A model generated the notes under the pieces. The model saw only the letters and a program-made list of their open reading frames with translations. It ran no database searches and was not told where the DNA came from. A DNA stretch of 63,933 bases, the filler included, from Folioceros fuciformis (Eukaryota): the NCBI GenBank assembly GCA_049999805.1. It is 7 parts of 7 records of this genome, joined end to end, with 100 filler letters (N's around TTAATTAATTAA, not from the genome) between each part and the next. Parts side by side here need not be neighbours in the genome. Positions count along the whole stretch, not along the records: positions 56,693 to 59,567 come from JBNGIO010004062.1; positions 59,668 to 63,933 come from JBNGIO010004067.1; 5 more parts are not named here. One strand, written 5' to 3'. Made by a program: the position numbers and the translations under genes. Below are positions 56,846 to 63,933 of this stretch, piece by piece. How positions within the stretch are numbered: the first letter of the stretch is position 1; each line of letters begins with the position of its first letter.

Positions 56846-59217
56846 TGTTAGAAACCTATGGGGTTTGTGCAACATATCTACATTAGAGTCTAGAGATTAT
56901 ACCTCAAGGTATATAGAATAGCACCACGATTGAGGTAACGTTTACCCTTTATCGAGTTATAATCATGCTTGAAGGCAATATATGTACCCATGGACTATCA
57001 ATCTAGATGTACTGAGCTAAGGCTTATCTTGGGATTCACCATTTTTCTAACATGGTATAAGAGCCCATGTTCTAAACCCCAAGTCCCTTAGCTCAGCAGA
57101 TGCGTAGAGTACTTGGTATTGACTTGTGTAGGACTATCTCGTCTTCCTTTGCATTGTGTATTGGGCTACGCAGACTATGTGTATGTAAGAGCTTGTGCAA
57201 GTTAGAGGAGCTTTGTGATAGTTATCGGTGTAAGGACGTGATCCTGTTTAGCCGCGAAGGACGGGAGCATGGAGACACGTTTTCTCAAAAATTTGTGCAG
57301 TGAAGAAGTTTGGAGGCAAGAACTTCACATTGTGGAAGTTGAAGACGAAGATGCTTCTCATTGAGAAAGGAGTATGGAAATTTGTCGATAAGGGCCTCGA
57401 TGATATACCCACATAAATAGACCTTGACAAGGATGGACAAACTTTGGCAACAATCTTGTTGAATGTCTCAAACAACATTCTCTCTCAGTTGAGTGAATGT
57501 GCAACGTTGAAAGAAGCTTGGGTCACCCTCTACAACACATATGAAAAGAGAAGTATGGTGAGTGCGATGCTATTGGAGCAACAACTTGCGAACTTCAAGA
57601 TAGCCGAAGGCGACACCATTCAATGACATGTCAACAAGTTGAACACCTTGGTGGAGCAAATGAAGGCGATGGACATCAAATTGACCGACGAAAGGATCCT
57701 CGTACAGTTGTTGAGTAGCTTACCATCAACTTACAAGCCCTTCGTGTTGACTTTCAAGACATCGGTGGCAATGTGTCCAAGTGACAACCCACCGTCGTTG
57801 GATGAGGTGGTTGGGTTGCTTTTGCAGGAGGAGTTGGAGATTTCACCCAAGCAAGCAAAGACTGATGACGCAGTTCTCTTCTCCAAGAAAGGCAAAGCAA
57901 AAGCGAAGTCCAAGCCTAAGGACGAGTACAAGTCCAAGTCAACAAACGAGACGAAGAAGGACGATACTAGTTGTACAATGAAAGGATCCTCCTATTATTG
58001 CAGGAATCCAGGTCATCATACAAAAGAATGCTGAACGAATCAAAAAAGGATAAATCACCTCAAGCCAATCAAGTGAGTGAGCCGACTCAACAAGAACAAA
58101 CTTTTGTGTGCTCCAGGGACAGGAATCGAGCTACTTCATTGCAGAAGGACGAGAGTCTTTATCTTGACTTTGGTGCATCTCAACATTTCAGCTACCACCT
58201 TCCCTGGTTCACCGGCTACACACGACTCCCAAAGGGCCATACGGTGGCACTTGGTGAGAGTATGTCACATGATATCGAGGGGAAAGGAGTCTTACAAGTT
58301 CAGTTGCAGGGCGGAACCTGTGCACGTATTGCGGATGTGCATCATGTACCCAATCTCGCGAGGAATCTTCTTTCTGTCATGCGGACTGTAGATGCAGGTC
58401 GTGAAGTCGTGTTCAACTCTGTAGGCTGTTGCATCAAACCTGTGTACAGCTTGAGCTGTCACAAGTGGCTGCTCGGGGTGTTCGTGTGGGCAATCTGTAC
58501 AAACTTTGTGCTTTCCTGGGACAGCAAGCTTGTACGTTCCTGATTAGTTCACACGACAACATTGGGTCCGTCGATTTATGGCATCAGCGTTTGGGCCACA
58601 TCGAAGCAAACAAACTCAAGTTGATGACAACTCGCGACATGGTGACCGGCTTGGATTTAAAGGAGATCACTACGACACGGTTATGTCTAGGATGTCAAAT
58701 GGGGAGGCTACATCGCACGAAGTTCCCTAAAACCATGGCACATCGCGTGCAGAAGGTGTTGGAATTAGTCCACACTGACGTGAGTGGGCCCATGAGGAAC
58801 CCTACCCAGGGAGGGAACCGCTACATGCTCATCTTTGTCGACGATTTTACACGGAAGACATGGGATTTCTCTGTTTGAAGGAGAAATCTCAACTGTTCCA
58901 GGCTTTCAAGGATTGGAAGACTTCGATCGAGACCGAACGTGGTGAACGCTTTAAGATGATTAGGAGTGATGATGGAGGGGAATATGTTTCTTCTGAGTTC
59001 CAAGTTTTTTGTAAGGAGAACGGCATTCAACGACAACTCACAATTCCGCACACTCCGCAGCAAAATGCAGTTGTAGAGCAGAAGATACGGGGCCTTGTGT
59101 AAGCAGCCAAGTCCATGTTGTTTCACATTGGCTTGTATGTCAATTTTTTGGGAGAGGCTATCGTGATAGCAACCTACGTGTTGAACAGAGTTCTAATAGA
59201 GGCCGTACTTGGTATGA
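56846..59217 (+). mobile_element. Ty1/copia element F, 5' half (LTR 56846-57052, PBS, gag-protease-integrase)
   Basis: TGTTAGA...TCTAACA LTR and PBS TGGTATAAGAGCC at 57053. Coding motifs NFTLWKLK, LLSSLPSTY, YLDFGASQH, WHQRLGH, VHTDVSGPM and IRSDDGGEY. Confidence 0.92.
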
Positions 59218-59567
59218 TGTGAACCTCCAAAGTTTGGGGTAGTAGTTTGTTTTGGTTGAAAAAGGGTTAATAGTGGTATGGTTTGGTTTTCTTTTTCAAC
59301 TTATTTTCCCTAATTTTCCTTGATTTTCTGGTCATTTTTCCTATTTTTCTTTGTGTTAATGAGGTTAATTGACCGGGAAATAGTTAGCTTGGTTATAAGA
59401 GTGGGTATAGGTTTGGTCCCAGACCTGGGGAGGTTTAGGTTCGGTACCGGGCCATAGGGTTGGGTGATTAGTTTAATATTAATTAAGGATATATAATATT
59501 AAATGATTAAATAATAATATAATAATATTAAATAATAAAAATAATATAATAATGGTTTGAACATAGG
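59218..59567. mobile_element. Terminus (TGTGAAC...) of an element inserted into the integrase of F; cut by the gap
   Basis: Integrase codons (..VLGM) stop at TGTGAAC and T/AT-rich LTR-like sequence follows. Confidence 0.55.
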
Positions 59568-59667
59568 NNNNNNNNNNNNNNNNNNNNNNNNNNNNNNNNN
59601 NNNNNNNNNNNTTAATTAATTAANNNNNNNNNNNNNNNNNNNNNNNNNNNNNNNNNNNNNNNNNNNN
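59568..59667. other. Assembly linker 44N-TTAATTAATTAA-44N
   Basis: 12-mer at 59612-59623. Confidence 0.95.
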
Positions 59668-62281
59668 CTGCGCGTGTTTGGGTCGACGGTGTATGCTCAA
59701 GTACACCAAGACCTGCACAGGAAGTTCGAACCAAAATCAGATCGCTGCATTTTTCTAGGATTTACTGATGGCATCAAAGGCTACAAGATTATCAATTAAC
59801 ATACCAAGCGGGTGATGCATTCCAAGGATGTTGCGTTTGTAGAGGACGTTGAAGCCAGTCAGCCAGTGGGAGCTGCCTTGTCCGATGACTCAGAGGATGA
59901 CTCCACAGTAGAGGTGGAGGAGATGATGGTGGGACAAATCCCGGTACCTCTTCCGGGACCCATTCCTGTGCCTGCACAAACTCAAACTCAGGTGGCACCA
60001 GCTACAGCATAGTCCCCTGTAATGCACACACCCCTACGACCATATGGCCGTGTGCACAGTAACCGCAGCTTGTTTGAGTCACCATCTGTCCTTGATTCTG
60101 ATGCATCAGAAACAGTTATTCCTACTGCTACACCTGAAGGGCAGCACAGGAGGAAAGCCAAGTTTGCTCACCTCGAGCCTCGGCGATCACTTCGAGCTCA
60201 GAAGCCTCCTGATATGTATGTGTCAAATGATTTCAGGCACCCTAAGACTAATTTTTCTCATTGCCTAGCTGTGAACACCTTGCTCTATGAACCCCCAACC
60301 TATGAGGCAGCTCTAAGTTGTCCAGATGCTGAGCACTGGCATGTGGCCATACAGTCGGAGCTGGCATCCTTGCATGAGAATAATACATGGGTTATTGTAA
60401 GCTTGCCTGCAGACAGGAAGCTAGTGGGGTCCAAGTGGGTGTTTAAGATCAAACTGAAGGCAGATGGGAGCATAGCACGCTACAAAGGCAGAGCAGTAGG
60501 AAAAGGGTATTCTCAAATACTTGAAATCGACTATGATGACACGTTTAGCCCGGTGGTGAAGCTAAACACATTGCGGATGTTCGTAGCACTAGCAGCTGTC
60601 AACAATTTAGAACTGGACCAGCTTGACGTCACCACGGCCTTCCTGTACTGCAATCTGCAGGAGGAGATCTATATGCAGGTTCCCCCAGGAGTGGCAATAC
60701 CCTCTAATATATCTCGTCCAGCTTGTAAATTGTTGAAAACCCTGTATGGGCTCAAATAGAGCCTGTGAGCATGGTACGAGAGGATTGATGCATACCTACA
60801 GCAACTAGGCTATGCAAGCTTGCACGCAGACAGTAATGTGTATATTAAAAGAGAGGGTACTAATTTTCTAGCTCTTGCTATATACGTTGACATCATAGTG
60901 CTAAGCAATTCTAGAAGGATGATTCATGAGCTGAAGGAACATATGAAAAGAGAGTTCAAGACAATTGAAGCTGGAGCTCTTGCCTACTGTCTGGGCATGC
61001 AGCTCCTCGGGAACAGAAGCGCAGGCACCATCTTCCTGCATCAGCACAAATATGCATTACAAATCCCTGCATCAGCACAAATATGCATTACAAATCCTGG
61101 AGAGGTACGGCATGTCTAGTTGCAAACCTATTGCAACACCTGTAGAGCAAAATGTGAGATATGTTCAGCAAGTCGGTGACATACTTGAGGAGGACGTGCC
61201 ATACGTGGAGCTCTACCCTTCCAAGAATGGCAGTGTAATGCACCCGATGATGAGCAGCAGGCCCGACTTGGCGTTCAGTTCTGGACTGACTTCTAGATTC
61301 GTTTCCAACCCCAACAAATCGCATCAGGACCTCATGACAAGGGTCTAGTGCTACATAGCTGGAACAGCGGACTGGGGTATTATGTATAGCACCAAGGAGA
61401 AGGATGCCCTACGCCTGATGGTCTACAGTGATGCTGACTGGGCAGGAGACCCAGACAGCCATAAAAGCATCAGCAGTTATGTCATGTTGCTAGCAGGAGG
61501 AGCCAGATCCTAGAGCAGCCGGAAGTAGTCAACCATCACTCTTTCTTCGACAAAAGCGGAGTACAAAAGCTTGACAAAGGCTTGCAAGGAGATTACATGG
61601 TCAGTGGGGGCACTCAGAGAGCTCGGAATTTAGCAGCAACTTCCAATTGACCTGTTTAGTGACAACTAGAGCGCCATAGTGCTCTCCATCAATCCTCGCT
61701 TCCATGCCAGGACGAAGCACATCGAGATAGAGCACCATTACATTCGGCAAACCATAGCTCAAGGGCTGGTGAGGATTTCATACTGCCCTACCGAATCCAT
61801 GACTGAGACATCTTGACAAAAACGCTTGGGCACATCAAACACTATGAGCACTCAAGCGCTATGGGGCTGCGGTCAGCACAAGGACCTCTGAGGTGGAGCT
61901 TAGTGCCCGATCGGCATTCCAGTTGGGAGGTCGGCAGGAGCTCGAAGACTCAAGCAGAGCGTGAAGACTGACGAGACTCCGACACCTGCTCAGGGCTGAC
62001 GAGTTTCTTTGCAGGATTGTCGAGTTTCCTTTTTAGTTAGGTTTTACGTTTCATAGAAGTTAGAAGTAAACAATATAAACATATATATATATAACTATAA
62101 AATACAGACTCTACACGTCCTAACTCTAGACCTGAGTGGGAGTGTTAGTATAGGTATGTCTAACCCTAGTATAGGTTAGCTATCCAAGTCATAGGTTAGT
62201 CTTTCAAAGAGCCTTGTCACAATGCTTGTACCAGTGTTTTGCACTTTGCCTTAGACCATACAAACACTTGATTAATTGACA
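59668..62281 (+). mobile_element. Ty1/copia 3' half (integrase tail, RT, RNase H, PPT, 139-bp LTR)
   Basis: LRVFGS, VGSKWVFKIK, QLDVTTAFL, YSDADWAGD and FHARTKHI. PPT GAGTGGGAG at 62134-62142; LTR TGTTAG...TTGACA at 62143-62281. Confidence 0.9.
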
Positions 62282-62668
62282 TACGTGATCGGGATGTGCA
62301 GGGTCAGCATAGCCTTCAGGTCAGCATAGCCTTCATGAAAGCTGCTCCATGTACATGTACAATTCTTCCTCAAGAATGCCATGGAGGAGCGTAGTACAGA
62401 CATCCATTTGCTGCAGTTCGAGATCATACTCAGCTGCTAAAGGAAATATCAGCCTGAGAGATTGTGCACGAACTACAGGATAAAATGTCTCCTGATAATG
62501 AGAGATTGTGCACGAAGTACAGGATAAAATCTCTCCTGATAATGAGAGATTGTGCACGAACTACAGGATAAAATGTCTCCTGATAATCAAGGCTAGGTAT
62601 TTGCGTGAAGCCCCGATGCTTGGATAGCGTTAGAACTAGGTTAGAAAGGTATTTGCGTGAAGCCCCGA
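62282..62668 (-). mobile_element. Short copia RT fragment with internal tandem duplications (44 bp x3 at 62455-62586; 52 bp x2 at 62595-62698)
   Basis: RGFTQIPSLDYQETFYPVV...QQMDV..LHGILEEELYM on the minus strand. Confidence 0.8.
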
Positions 62669-63933
62669 TGCTTGGATAGCGTTAGAACTAGGTTAGAAAA
62701 CCAAGATGCAGAATCTCAAATTACGAGCGCTTAAACAAGGCTCTAAAACAAAATAAATTGGGGAACTCAAAAGCTCTCAAAACAACAGCATAATACAAGT
62801 AACGAGGGTGGGGGTTAGACCACACAAACTAGGTTGGTTCATTCCTCCTTTTATGGACCTAAGTGTGGCACTCTTATTTCATGCCCAATATGGGATAAAT
62901 GCTCCCAACCCTAAAACACCCTAAATGCTAATCACTCTTAGCACACTAATTAAGAAAACTCAATAAGNNNNNNNNNNNNNNNNNNNNNNNNNNNNNNNNN
63001 NNNNNNNNNNNNNNNNNNNNNNNNNNNNNNNNNNNNNNNNNNNNNNNNNNNNNNNNNNNNNNNNNNNAGACCACACAAACTAGGTTGGTTCATTCCTCCT
63101 TTTATGGACCTAAGTGTGGCACTCTTATTTCATGCCCAATATGGGATAAATGCTCCCAACCCTAAAACACCCTAAATGCTAATCACTTTTAGCACACTAA
63201 TTAAGCAAACTCAATAAGCTGGATTATCACTAATTACTCTCAGCACTAATCACTCTTAACACTCCCACCTTAGCGCATGTGAGTTTGCTTCAATCCAAGC
63301 AATCCTTTGCATTTCTCAAACTTGAACTTGCTAACTGCCTTGGTTAAAAAGTCTGCGGCCATTTCCTCCGTTTGGCAATACTCAAAGGCAATCTCCAATA
63401 GCTTCACCTTCTCGCGCACAAAGTGATGTTGAATATCAATATGCTTGGTCCTCGCATGGTGTACCGAGTTCTTGATCAAAGCCATGCTTCCTTGGCTATC
63501 ACTTCTAAGAGTGGTTGGCTGCTGCTGCTTATAACCAATGTCCTCCATTAGCTTTCTCAACCACACGGCCTCCTTGGTGGCTTGAGTAGATGCCATGTAC
63601 TCAGCCTCCACAGTGGATATGGCGACAGTGTGTTACTTCTTGCTGTTCCAAGTGATGGCCCCTTCTCCTAGGGTAAAGGCGTATCTGGTTGTTGATCTTC
63701 TATCATCTAAATCACTTGCCCAATCTGAATCACAATACCCAACAAGATTGTGGTCTTTGTTTGCACCTGAAAACTCCAACCACATGTTGCTTGTACCTCT
63801 CAAGTATCGCATGATCCTCTTTACTGCAATCCAATGTTATTTTCCGGGATTCTACATAAATTGGCTCACTACTCCCACTGCTTTTGCAATGTCCAAACGC
63901 GTTCCTATCATGGCATACATCAAACTTCCAACT
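62669..63933 (-). mobile_element. Ty1/copia element G, 3' end (RT end, RNase H, PPT, 3' LTR ~62669-63261); runs off the window
   Basis: GYCDSDWA, STVEAEYMA, LRSDSQGSMAL and HARTKHIDI. PPT AAGGTGGGAG at 63271-63262, followed by TGTTAAG. Confidence 0.9.

Noticed and set aside
56771-56877. Direct repeats flanking N gaps (also 1373-1476 and 62817-63218)
   Set aside because: Near-identical sequence on both sides of a gap is typical of unmerged contig overlaps.
16544-59667. Six identical TTAATTAATTAA palindromes as a biological motif
   Set aside because: Each is centred in exactly 44+44 Ns, so it is an artificial six-frame-stop scaffold linker. Adjacency across these linkers is not guaranteed, and ORF ends at them (e.g. 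52647) are false stops.

Overview
Eukaryotic, seed-free land-plant-type nuclear scaffold segment. The host inference rests on a flagellar DRC8-like gene alongside a CYP86-clan P450 and a secreted LRR gene. The assembly is fragmented: six 44N-TTAATTAATTAA-44N linkers, four 100-N gaps and two 10-N gaps. The left 28 kb holds four genes separated by minisatellites and GC-rich non-coding blocks: an intronless EF-hand DRC8/EFCAB2-like gene (-), a two-exon acidic nuclear protein (+), an intronless secreted LRR protein (-) and a two-exon CYP94/CYP86-clan P450 (-) that lacks the I-helix catalytic Thr. The right 36 kb is a nest of decayed retroelements: at least seven Ty1/copia pieces with traceable LTRs, PBS and PPT, a Ty3/gypsy gag-protease remnant, a gypsy-type accessory ORF and an L1 3' fragment. 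Embedded in it is the most interesting feature, an ORF (54497 down to the gap at 52699, -). It encodes a transit-peptide-like N-terminus followed by at least 16 copies of QKFWVAPPRGYVPP, separated by Pro/Gln/Glu spacers that vary mostly in 5-residue steps. This sticker-and-spacer layout resembles multivalent plastid linker proteins.
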